From the NCBI GenBank assembly GCA_965204535.1, contig CBDBEV010000001.1:512001-576000 (forward strand): a stretch of 64,000 nucleotides of DNA. Direction: 5' to 3'. A program made the translations under genes and the position numbers. Shown piece by piece: positions 48,548 to 57,397 of this stretch; within the stretch, counting starts at the first letter, position 1, and each line of letters starts with the position of its first letter. This DNA comes from a bacterium (GTDB lineage Bacteria > UBA8248). Under the pieces are notes generated by a model. It had not been told where the DNA came from. It made no database searches and saw nothing but the letters and a program-made list of their open reading frames with translations.

Positions 48548-48944
48548 GGCTGCTCCTCCTGCGGGCGAGAGACACCGGAGCCATCCCGGCCTCGCCTCGA
48601 TCATATGACAGAGGAACATCCGCTACACGCGGTAGTTCGAGGGCCAACCCGATTACCCCATCTCTTATATTATGGTTATGAGATGATGCCACGCCTGCAA
48701 TTGTCAAGTCCATTACCCATGCCCCCTGATAAGTCCCGGCGTTTACCGGGAAGCGCGAACGCCGGAACGCCGGGTTCGGTTTGTCCTCCTCCGCCCGAAG
48801 CCGTTTCAGCCTGCTGCCGGCATCCTGCCATGGTTCATGATCCCCAACTCCTCGCCACCCTCCGCCGGCGGGACGACCCGCCGGGAGGGGGGCCGCGATG
48901 AAGCGGACCGGGAGGGACCGACTTCGCTTCCCCCGGTTCCGCCC

Positions 48945-49208
48945 CTACCACCGCATCGAGCCCCTGAGCGCCACGCCGTGGACGGAAGCGCCCCCGTCCC
49001 TCTCGCGCAGGTCGCCCTCGAGGCTCATGGTGAGGGACTCGGCGAGCCGGAAGCGCCCGCCCGCGCGGTACGTCTCCCCGCTCCCGGTGAACGTGAAGCC
49101 GGTGTAGGGCGTCAGGAGTCCGCCCCAGGCGTCGAGGCCCCAGCCCGCCTCGGCGTCGAAGCCCGCCACGGGGTCGAACGCTCCTCCCCCTTTGATGCCT
49201 CCCTTCAC
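48945..49208 (-). pseudogene. C-terminal remnant of an autotransporter beta-barrel gene
   Basis: GFDAEAGWGLDAWGGLLTPYTG...YRAGGRF...SLEG...LRGSMRW parallels the last ~80 aa of the 2794-aa adhesin. Confidence 0.75.
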
Positions 49209-49573
49209 AAACTGGTGATGGTCCGGGCCGGTGGTTCCGCGAACCGCCGCTAATCGTTATTATCAGAAGAGAAAGGGCCGACACCCCTCAAAGGGCTGCT
49301 TTGGTAGGGGTTGCTGGGGAACTGCTGCGACACGATTCCCGAGGCGCAGGCCAAGTCGGGGTGCCGGCTGCTTTCATAAAGCGCGAGCAGGGGCTGCCCG
49401 TTGTTCCCCCTCCCGGCTCGAGGACTCAAACTCACAACCGGGAGGGGTACTATTTTGCTCTCACGAAGGAAGCAACCAACGGACAACCCCCTTTTCGCTC
49501 TACTTGAGATTTGCTGCCCGCCCGGCCCCGGGGCTAAAGCCCCGGAAGCCATAGGCGTCATTGCGCTTCGCCG

Positions 49574-52279
49574 CTACTGCTCCAGGTACGTCCCGAAGCC
49601 GCCGATCAGGCTGTGGGTCACGTCGTCGGCCGTGTCGTCCGCCGTCCCCATGTCGAGGGTCCCGCTCACCCCGAAGGTGCCGATCACCGCGGTCGGGTAC
49701 TTCTTGGCAGCGTCGGCGTTCTCCGCCATCGCCTCGGAGAACCGGCCATGCCAGAACCCGTTCATCGGGTACTCCGCAGAGCTGTCGGTGGGGTCTACCG
49801 TCGGCGTGCCCATCCGGGTGTCGTAATACGTGAAACTCCGGCTGGTTGCGGAGTTCACCGCACCGTACGACAGGATGACCTCGCTCAGCTCCCCCGTCAG
49901 CCTTTCGCCGCCGGAGACGATCTCGTAGATCCTGCCCTCGACGGTGCCCAGTTCGGTAGCCGTGCCGAACTTCGCCGTCAGCTCCGCCTTGGCGTCGAAC
50001 GGCTGGACCGCCTCCTTCGCCCCGGTCATCCCGTGAAGCCCCGCGGCCGAACCCCGGTACGTCGCATTGCCGGTCAGAGCCGTTATGACACCATCGGCAA
50101 TCGTCGAACCGAAGGCGTTGCCGGACGCGAATGCGCCGAGGCGTTCGTCTTGGTTGTTCGCGGTGGAGCCGCCCAGATCCAACCAGTACCCGAAGACCAT
50201 GTAGTCGGGATCGCCCGCCTCCGGCACCGCAGCCGCAGAGCCGGTGACACGCCAGCCGCTGCCGAGCGACGTGATCGTCGCGGTTGCCGCCGCCCCGGTG
50301 CTCGTGTACGAGCAGTCGGCCGGCGCCGTGCAAGCGAAGGTGACGCCGGTGCCGCTGTAGGTGACCCCGTCCTTGGTGAATTTGCTCCCCGCGAGGGTCG
50401 TGATGGTGCCCGCGGTGCTGAGGTCGAACGTCCCCGACACCGTCCCCGAGGAAGCCTGAACGCCGCTGATGTTGCCCGCCTTCACCGCCGCCTTGCGCTT
50501 GGACGGATCGTAGTCGGTGTAGATGTGGACGGCCCGCGTGCCCTGGGTCAGCTCGACGCCGGTGAAGCGGCCGAGCGTCGGCAGGTCCCGCTGCGTCGCC
50601 TGTGCCGTCGTGACCGCCGGGTCCGGCGTCCTCAGGTGCTCGGCAGCGTACTTGCCGAAGCGGTACACGCGGTCCTTGCCGATCTTGTGCTCGATCCGGG
50701 CTCCATAGGCGTTGTTGCCGATCTGGTCGTTGTCGTTGGTGTTGTACTGCCAGAGGCCGTCAACCGAGTTGTCCCGAGTGCCCGTGCCGTCGGTATTCGG
50801 GGTAAGGGCCTTGGCCGCGCCGACGGTGACGTGGGTATCACGTTCCTCGTCACCGGCGTCCTCGATCAGGTTACGCACCAATGTGATGCGCGCCTTCTTC
50901 TCGGCGTCGGCCAGGCCCTGTCCGCTCGCGACCTTGAACAGTTCGAGCGCGTACATCGTGGACGCGGCGACCGCTGCCGTCGCCGCCGCCTTCGCTTCCA
51001 TGTACCTGGCATTCGCGCCGTCATCGCCGGTGTCCTTGGCCATGGCGGTGCGCTGCTGCATCTGCGCCTTGTCACGCTCCGCACGCGCAGTCTCGGCCGT
51101 CACGTCGTCGGCCTTCGAGGCCATGTACGCGGCCTCCGCGGCCCTCGCGGCAGTCTCGGCCGCCGCCGCCGCCGCTTCGGCAGCCGTCGCCGCCGCCTCC
51201 GCTTCCGTGGCCTTCTTGTCGGCCCCGGCGTAGTCCGTCCGCGCCATCTTGGCCTTGTTCGCGGCTTCACGCGCCTTCGTTGCCTCCGCCTGGGCCATAT
51301 CCGCCTTGGCGCGCGCCGAGTCGGCGTGCTCCATGGCGGCGTCCTTGGCCACCTTCGCCGCTTCCTGCGCCTGCTCGATGCGCAGCCGGTTGAGACCGGC
51401 AACCGTCACGCCGGCCTGACGGGCCAGTTCCTCCGCGTCCGCGAGCTTCATCTCCGCCTCGGCCTTCTTGCCCTCGGCGGCCTCCTTCTCGGCCTCCGCG
51501 TCGGCCGACGTCGTGTCCTCCTGCGCATTCTCGGAAGCCGTCTCGGCAGCCATCGCCGCCGCCTCGGCAGCCGTCGCCGCCTCGTCGGCGTCCATGTACG
51601 CCTCCGAATCGGCGCCCAGCATCTCCTTGACCTTGTTCGCCGCCGTGCGCGCCTTCGTCGCCGCCGTGCGCGCAGCCATCGCCGCTGTCGATGCCGCGGT
51701 CTTGGCCTCGGCCAGCTTCCCGGCCTCCTCGGCCGCGGCCGTCACATGACCGGCGAACGTCATGACGGCCGTGTTCGCGGCCATCGCCTTCGCCTTCTCG
51801 GCTTCGGCCTCCGCCTTCTTGGTTTCGGCGATGGCCTGCTGCCGCTTGGCCTCGGCAACGCCCGCTTCCGTCGCCTCCGCCGCCGCCGCGGCGTCGGACG
51901 CCGCCTTGGCCGCCTCGTAGGCCGCCTTGGCCGCCTCGTAGGCCGCCTTGGCGTCAGCCAGGCGATCCATCGCACGCGTGTAGTTGGGAACGTCGTTGTC
52001 CCGCTTGTCCTCAAGGTCGTCGAACGCGCTCTGCGCCGCATCGCGCTCTGCCATCGCCGCATCGCGCGCAGTCATCGCCGCCGCGGCCGCCGCGGCCGCC
52101 GCTTGCCGGGCCGCGCTCAACTGCTCCGCCAGGGTCGGGTCCGGGTCAACGACCGGCGGATCCGGGTCCGGCGCAGCAGCACCACCGCCGCCACCGCCGC
52201 AGCCCGCCAGCGTCAGCGCGAAGACCGCCGCCAGCGCGAAAGCGTAAAACTTGTTAATATACTTGTCTTTGAACATCAT
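49574..52279 (-). CDS. Surface lipoprotein with Ala-rich coiled-coil stalk and TbpB-like C-terminal barrel (copy A)
   Basis: Lipobox LAGC, Gly7 tether, ~400-aa Ala/Glu/Lys-rich helix, and C-terminal GNATYRGSAAG..AELTAKF..WHGRF..IGTFG..IGGFG. Confidence 0.85.
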   Translation of the reverse strand: MMFKDKYINKFYAFALAAVFALTLAGCGGGGGGAAAPDPDPPVVDPDPTLAEQLSAARQAAAAAAAAAMTARDAAMAERDAAQSAFDDLEDKRDNDVPNYTRAMDRLADAKAAYEAAKAAYEAAKAASDAAAAAEATEAGVAEAKRQQAIAETKKAEAEAEKAKAMAANTAVMTFAGHVTAAAEEAGKLAEAKTAASTAAMAARTAATKARTAANKVKEMLGADSEAYMDADEAATAAEAAAMAAETASENAQEDTTSADAEAEKEAAEGKKAEAEMKLADAEELARQAGVTVAGLNRLRIEQAQEAAKVAKDAAMEHADSARAKADMAQAEATKAREAANKAKMARTDYAGADKKATEAEAAATAAEAAAAAAETAARAAEAAYMASKADDVTAETARAERDKAQMQQRTAMAKDTGDDGANARYMEAKAAATAAVAASTMYALELFKVASGQGLADAEKKARITLVRNLIEDAGDEERDTHVTVGAAKALTPNTDGTGTRDNSVDGLWQYNTNDNDQIGNNAYGARIEHKIGKDRVYRFGKYAAEHLRTPDPAVTTAQATQRDLPTLGRFTGVELTQGTRAVHIYTDYDPSKRKAAVKAGNISGVQASSGTVSGTFDLSTAGTITTLAGSKFTKDGVTYSGTGVTFACTAPADCSYTSTGAAATATITSLGSGWRVTGSAAAVPEAGDPDYMVFGYWLDLGGSTANNQDERLGAFASGNAFGSTIADGVITALTGNATYRGSAAGLHGMTGAKEAVQPFDAKAELTAKFGTATELGTVEGRIYEIVSGGERLTGELSEVILSYGAVNSATSRSFTYYDTRMGTPTVDPTDSSAEYPMNGFWHGRFSEAMAENADAAKKYPTAVIGTFGVSGTLDMGTADDTADDVTHSLIGGFGTYLEQ

Positions 52280-52350
52280 TTAGTGAGTCCTCCTCCTAGC
52301 AATAACCAAGGGACAAAACGACGGGCGGCCCCCGCGAGCCCTTCTTCTCC

Positions 52351-52377
52351 GCCCCGCCCCCCTCCAGGGGGCGGGGC
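52351..52377 (-). terminator. Intergenic hairpin just after the copy B stop (terminator or mRNA-stabilising stem)
   Basis: 11-bp stem GCCCCGCCCCC/GGGGGCGGGGC with no U-tract. Confidence 0.4.
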
Positions 52378-52387
52378 CGTCTTGCCG

Positions 52388-55093
52388 CTACTGCTCCAGG
52401 TGCGTCCCGAAGGCGCCGATCAGGCTGTGGGTCACGTCGTCGGCCGTGTCGTCCGCCGTCCCCATGTCGAGGGTCCCGCTCACCCCGAAGGTGCCGATCA
52501 CCGCGGTCGGGTACTTCTTGGCAGCGTCGGCGTTCTCCGCCATCGCCTCGGAGAACCGGCCATGCCAGAACCCGTTCATCGGGTACTCCGCAGAGCTGTC
52601 GGTGGGGTCTACCGTCGGCGTGCCCATCCGGGTGTCGTAATACGTGAAACTCCGGCTGGTTGCGGAGTTCACCGCACCGTACGACAGGATGACCTCGCTC
52701 AGCTCCCCCGTCAGCCTTTCGCCGCCGGAGACGATCTCGTAGATCCTGCCCTCGACGGTGCCCAGTTCGGTAGCCGTGCCGAACTTCGCCGTCAGCTCCG
52801 CCTTGGCGTCGAACGGCTGGACCGCCTCCTTCGCCCCGGTCATCCCGTGAAGCCCCGCGGCCGAACCCCGGTACGTCGCATTGCCGGTCAGAGCCGTTAT
52901 GACACCATCGGCAATCGTCGAACCGAAGGCGTTGCCGGACGCGAATGCGCCGAGGCGTTCGTCTTGGTTGTTCGCGGTGGAGCCGCCCAGATCCAACCAG
53001 TACCCGAAGACCATGTAGTCGGGATCGCCCGCCTCCGGCACCGCAGCCGCAGAGCCGGTGACACGCCAGCCGCTGCCGAGCGACGTGATCGTCGCGGTTG
53101 CCGCCGCCCCGGTGCTCGTGTACGAGCAGTCGGCCGGCGCCGTGCAAGCGAAGGTGACGCCGGTGCCGCTGTAGGTGACCCCGTCCTTGGTGAATTTGCT
53201 CCCCGCGAGGGTCGTGATGGTGCCCGCGGTGCTGAGGTCGAACGTCCCCGACACCGTCCCCGAGGAAGCCTGAACGCCGCTGATGTTGCCCGCCTTCACC
53301 GCCGCCTTGCGCTTGGACGGATCGTAGTCGGTGTAGATGTGGACGGCCCGCGTGCCCTGGGTCAGCTCGACGCCGGTGAAGCGGCCGAGCGTCGGCAGGT
53401 CCCGCTGCGTCGCCTGTGCCGTCGTGACCGCCGGGTCCGGCGTCCTCAGGTGCTCGGCAGCGTACTTGCCGAAGCGGTACACGCGGTCCTTGCCGATCTT
53501 GTGCTCGATCCGGGCTCCATAGGCGTTGTTGCCGATCTGGTCGTTGTCGTTGGTGTTGTACTGCCAGAGGCCGTCAACCGAGTTGTCCCGAGTGCCCGTG
53601 CCGTCGGTATTCGGGGTAAGGGCCTTGGCCGCGCCGACGGTGACGTGGGTATCACGTTCCTCGTCACCGGCGTCCTCGATCAGGTTACGCACCAATGTGA
53701 TGCGCGCCTTCTTCTCGGCGTCGGCCAGGCCCTGTCCGCTCGCGACCTTGAACAGTTCGAGCGCGTACATCGTGGACGCGGCGACCGCTGCCGTCGCCGC
53801 CGCCTTCGCTTCCATGTACCTGGCATTCGCGCCGTCATCGCCGGTGTCCTTGGCCATGGCGGTGCGCTGCTGCATCTGCGCCTTGTCACGCTCCGCACGC
53901 GCAGTCTCGGCCGTCACGTCGTCGGCCTTCGAGGCCATGTACGCGGCCTCCGCGGCCCTCGCGGCAGTCTCGGCCGCCGCCGCCGCCGCTTCGGCAGCCG
54001 TCGCCGCCGCCTCCGCTTCCGTGGCCTTCTTGTCGGCCCCGGCGTAGTCCGTCCGCGCCATCTTGGCCTTGTTCGCGGCTTCACGCGCCTTCGTTGCCTC
54101 CGCCTGGGCCATATCCGCCTTGGCGCGCGCCGAGTCGGCGTGCTCCATGGCGGCGTCCTTGGCCACCTTCGCCGCTTCCTGCGCCTGCTCGATGCGCAGC
54201 CGGTTGAGACCGGCAACCGTCACGCCGGCCTGACGGGCCAGTTCCTCCGCGTCCGCGAGCTTCATCTCCGCCTCGGCCTTCTTGCCCTCGGCGGCCTCCT
54301 TCTCGGCCTCCGCGTCGGCCGACGTCGTGTCCTCCTGCGCATTCTCGGAAGCCGTCTCGGCAGCCATCGCCGCCGCCTCGGCAGCCGTCGCCGCCTCGTC
54401 GGCGTCCATGTACGCCTCCGAATCGGCGCCCAGCATCTCCTTGACCTTGTTCGCCGCCGTGCGCGCCTTCGTCGCCGCCGTGCGCGCAGCCATCGCCGCT
54501 GTCGATGCCGCGGTCTTGGCCTCGGCCAGCTTCCCGGCCTCCTCGGCCGCGGCCGTCACATGACCGGCGAACGTCATGACGGCCGTGTTCGCGGCCATCG
54601 CCTTCGCCTTCTCGGCTTCGGCCTCCGCCTTCTTGGTTTCGGCGATGGCCTGCTGCCGCTTGGCCTCGGCAACGCCCGCTTCCGTCGCCTCCGCCGCCGC
54701 CGCGGCGTCGGACGCCGCCTTGGCCGCCTCGTAGGCCGCCTTGGCCGCCTCGTAGGCCGCCTTGGCGTCAGCCAGGCGATCCATCGCACGCGTGTAGTTG
54801 GGAACGTCGTTGTCCCGCTTGTCCTCAAGGTCGTCGAACGCGCTCTGCGCCGCATCGCGCTCTGCCATCGCCGCATCGCGCGCAGTCATCGCCGCCGCGG
54901 CCGCCGCGGCCGCCGCTTGCCGGGCCGCGCTCAACTGCTCCGCCAGGGTCGGGTCCGGGTCAACGACCGGCGGATCCGGGTCCGGCGCAGCAGCACCACC
55001 GCCGCCACCGCCGCAGCCCGCCAGCGTCAGCGCGAAGACCGCCGCCAGCGCGAAAGCGTAAAACTTGTTAATATACTTGTCTTTGAACATCAT
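52388..55093 (-). CDS. Surface lipoprotein (copy B)
   Basis: Identical to copy A except the C-terminus, GAFGTHLEQ versus GGFGTYLEQ. AGGAGG RBS. Confidence 0.85.
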   Translation of the reverse strand: MMFKDKYINKFYAFALAAVFALTLAGCGGGGGGAAAPDPDPPVVDPDPTLAEQLSAARQAAAAAAAAAMTARDAAMAERDAAQSAFDDLEDKRDNDVPNYTRAMDRLADAKAAYEAAKAAYEAAKAASDAAAAAEATEAGVAEAKRQQAIAETKKAEAEAEKAKAMAANTAVMTFAGHVTAAAEEAGKLAEAKTAASTAAMAARTAATKARTAANKVKEMLGADSEAYMDADEAATAAEAAAMAAETASENAQEDTTSADAEAEKEAAEGKKAEAEMKLADAEELARQAGVTVAGLNRLRIEQAQEAAKVAKDAAMEHADSARAKADMAQAEATKAREAANKAKMARTDYAGADKKATEAEAAATAAEAAAAAAETAARAAEAAYMASKADDVTAETARAERDKAQMQQRTAMAKDTGDDGANARYMEAKAAATAAVAASTMYALELFKVASGQGLADAEKKARITLVRNLIEDAGDEERDTHVTVGAAKALTPNTDGTGTRDNSVDGLWQYNTNDNDQIGNNAYGARIEHKIGKDRVYRFGKYAAEHLRTPDPAVTTAQATQRDLPTLGRFTGVELTQGTRAVHIYTDYDPSKRKAAVKAGNISGVQASSGTVSGTFDLSTAGTITTLAGSKFTKDGVTYSGTGVTFACTAPADCSYTSTGAAATATITSLGSGWRVTGSAAAVPEAGDPDYMVFGYWLDLGGSTANNQDERLGAFASGNAFGSTIADGVITALTGNATYRGSAAGLHGMTGAKEAVQPFDAKAELTAKFGTATELGTVEGRIYEIVSGGERLTGELSEVILSYGAVNSATSRSFTYYDTRMGTPTVDPTDSSAEYPMNGFWHGRFSEAMAENADAAKKYPTAVIGTFGVSGTLDMGTADDTADDVTHSLIGAFGTHLEQ

Positions 55094-55351
55094 TTAGCGA
55101 GTCCTCCTGAATACACAGTAGAAAAAAGGATTTTCAGTGAATTTCCGCCTTTCTCCGATTAACCTCCTTTCGTCAGCTTTCATTTCGGGCCTTCACAAAC
55201 TGGTGATTCGTATTTTCGGCCGCCTGAAACGCGGCGGACTTGAACCCTTTCATGGTCCGGGCCGGCAGTTCCGCGAGACACATGTTCCTGCGGCATGCGC
55301 CCGCCTTTCACTGCCTCCAAAGGCGATCCGACTCCCACCCGGCCTTGCCCG

Positions 55352-55539
55352 CCGTTAATCACTATTATCAGACAGTACAATACCTCTCAAGGCCATGTCA
55401 AGCGCAATTCCGGGGTCCCCGGAGGGGTTTCGGGCGCCGTTTTGCGCCTTTTTTCGCTCATTTGCGGCCCATATGCGCCCCGAAACGCCTCTCCCGGCGG
55501 AAAGCGGGGCTTATGAAATCCGATAATAGTGATTATCGG
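55352..55539. promoter_or_regulatory. Leftward sigma70 promoter flanked by inverted dif/lox-like sites (candidate invertible promoter)
   Basis: Sites 55352-55372 and 55519-55539 are inverted copies (19/21 identical) with GATAA-TAGTGA-TTA(T/A)CGG architecture. On the minus strand, TTGACA(55401-55396)-N18-TACTGT(55377-55372). Confidence 0.6.
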
Positions 55540-55617
55540 ATGTTAATCATCGTAAAGATGTGGTAAAAAAACCGATTCGGGCGGGCGATTCCTGGTCGTC
55601 CGCCTTATATATGTTGC

Positions 55618-56652
55618 ATGGAATCGGGACGGCAACTCCACGAACGTGAATCGCCGCCGGAACTTCAGGGCGCCGGCCGAACGACAGATCACGGAGAACC
55701 ATGGGCGAAACCCGCGGCGCCGGGGAGACGCTCCCCCCTGGAAAAACCCGACGAGAGTCACTCACCGCACCCCGGTTCGTTCCGGGCGTCGGCTGATCTG
55801 GTGCGCGCCTCGATCGCCGGGAACACGCGCCGCGCCTACGAGGCGGCGCTGCGCGGCTTCGAGGAATCGGGGCGCCCCGAGACCGACGCCGGGGTGGCGG
55901 CCTACCTCACGGGGCTCTACGGGAAGGGCCGCTCGGCGGCCTGCGCCTCGATGGCGGTCGCGGCGCTGCGGTTCCGGGCGAGGCTGGGCGGCCGCTCCTC
56001 CCCGGTGGGTCCTTCGGCGCTGCGCGCCCTGGCGGGCTTCAGGCGTCTGGGCTCGGAGCGGGGCCGGGGCCCGGTGGCCGGGGTGCGCTGGGAGGAGGCG
56101 GACCTCGCGGCGGCGCTGGCCGAGGGGACGGGGACCCTGGGCGGGCTGCGCGACGCCGCGGTCGTGGCGGTGGCGAGCGACGCCCTGCTGCGGGTGTCGG
56201 AGGTCGCGGCGCTCGACGTCGCGGACGTGGACCTCGGGGAGCAGACGGTGCGGATACGGCGCTCCAAGACGGACCAGGAGGGTGTGGGCGTCGTGCAGTA
56301 CCTCGGAGAACCGACCGTGGCGCGCGTAGAGGCCTGGCTTCTGGGCGCAGGCCTGACGAAGGGGCCGCTCTTCCGGGGCGTGTACAAGGGGGGACGGCTT
56401 CGGCCCGGGCGCCTGACGGACAGGAGCATCCGGAGCATCATCGCGCGGTGGGGGAAGGCCGCGGGCGCCGAGGGGCGCGTGAGCGGCCACAGCCTCCGGG
56501 TGGGGGGCGCGCAGAGCCTGGCCTCGGCGGGGGCGTCGCTGGTCGAGATGCAGCTCGCCGGGCGCTGGCAGTCGCCGGCCATGCCGGGACGCTACGCGCA
56601 GGGACAACTCGCGAAACAGGGCGCCGTGGCGAGGCTGCGATACGGCCTGTGA
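55618..56652 (+). CDS. Cre-like tyrosine recombinase
   Basis: NTRRAY, LRD...LLRVSEV (R), RSKTDQ (K), SGHSLRVG (HxxR), GRW (W), RY (Y). The catalytic set is complete. Confidence 0.92.
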   Translation: MESGRQLHERESPPELQGAGRTTDHGEPWAKPAAPGRRSPLEKPDESHSPHPGSFRASADLVRASIAGNTRRAYEAALRGFEESGRPETDAGVAAYLTGLYGKGRSAACASMAVAALRFRARLGGRSSPVGPSALRALAGFRRLGSERGRGPVAGVRWEEADLAAALAEGTGTLGGLRDAAVVAVASDALLRVSEVAALDVADVDLGEQTVRIRRSKTDQEGVGVVQYLGEPTVARVEAWLLGAGLTKGPLFRGVYKGGRLRPGRLTDRSIRSIIARWGKAAGAEGRVSGHSLRVGGAQSLASAGASLVEMQLAGRWQSPAMPGRYAQGQLAKQGAVARLRYGL

Positions 56653-56695
56653 GGTCCGCCGCGTGCGGGACGCCCGTCTACTCCCGGATATCTCT

Positions 56696-57397
56696 CTACC
56701 GCCTCTTCTTTCTCCGGGCGGCTCTCTCCCCGGACGTGGAAGTCCACCTGCGGGCGGAGGCCCACTTCTCGAGATCTTCGAGCAGGTAGCGCACCCGGTA
56801 TCCGGTGCGAAGAAAATCCGGCCCCTCTCCACTCACGCGGTAGCGCTCCAGCGTCTTGGGCGAGAGGTTGAGCCAGGCGGCCGCCTCCCGCGTGTTCAGG
56901 TGGTTCTCCCCCGCGCGCTCATCGACGTCTTCTGCGGCGTCCCACGTCCCGTCGAACGGGTCGGGCAAGTGCGCGAGCCTCTCGCGTATGGCGCGGACCT
57001 CCTCTCGCGTCGCGTTGGCCGCCATCCAGGCGCGCACCCGGTCGAAGGTCTTGAGATACGGCGAGGCGCCCCGGCGCAGCCTCCCCACGAAGGAGGGGTT
57101 CCCCACGGCCTCCTCGCCCAGGATCGAGACCTTGGTCCCGCTCACCGCGAGGAACGCCTCGACCTCGGCCCGCAGGAGCGGTCCCAGGGGCGGATACCCC
57201 ATGAACGCCAGCACCCGGTCCGCCGTGTCGACCCGCAGGGGCCGCCCCCGGGCGTACAGTCCCACGAAGCCGGGAACCCCCAGCGCGCCCACCCCGAAGC
57301 GCCGCGCGCTCATCCCCCGGCGCGCGCGCCAGAGCGCAATGCTCCGGCGCAGCCGCTCGTCCAGCGGGGCGCCGGTATCGTCGTCGAAGGCGGTCAT
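56696..57397 (-). CDS. DNA-binding protein: two tandem HTH-like modules plus a C-terminal excisionase-type (HTH_17) domain
   Basis: Internal repeat (GMSARRFG..ALG.PGFV...TADRV / GTKVSILG..AVGNPSFV...TFDRV) and LNTREAAAWLNLSPKTLERYRVSGEGP. Confidence 0.75.
   Translation of the reverse strand: MTAFDDDTGAPLDERLRRSIALWRARRGMSARRFGVGALGVPGFVGLYARGRPLRVDTADRVLAFMGYPPLGPLLRAEVEAFLAVSGTKVSILGEEAVGNPSFVGRLRRGASPYLKTFDRVRAWMAANATREEVRAIRERLAHLPDPFDGTWDAAEDVDERAGENHLNTREAAAWLNLSPKTLERYRVSGEGPDFLRTGYRVRYLLEDLEKWASARRWTSTSGERAARRKKRR

Larger units (their letters stand above)
47198..48663 (-). mobile_element. IS110-family, IS1111-type insertion sequence
   Basis: Subterminal IRs TAATCGGG (47204-47211) and CCCGATTA (48648-48655). 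The ends read AG-ATGGGG... and ...TAGAGA-AG with a shared AG core. There is a ~300-nt non-coding region after the transposase. Confidence 0.9.
49570..55108. repeat. Direct repeat of ~2.72 kb with period 2814 bp
   Basis: 49570-52294 matches 52384-55108. The only differences found are 49588/52402, 49599/52413 and 52284/55098. Confidence 0.93.

Noticed and set aside
49613-55162. 1849-aa plus-strand ORF, and similar long ORFs at 38990-42757, 42956-45796, 2330-4297 and 11518-13818
   Set aside because: These are antisense shadows of GC-rich genes: Arg/Gly-rich, with no recognisable motifs.
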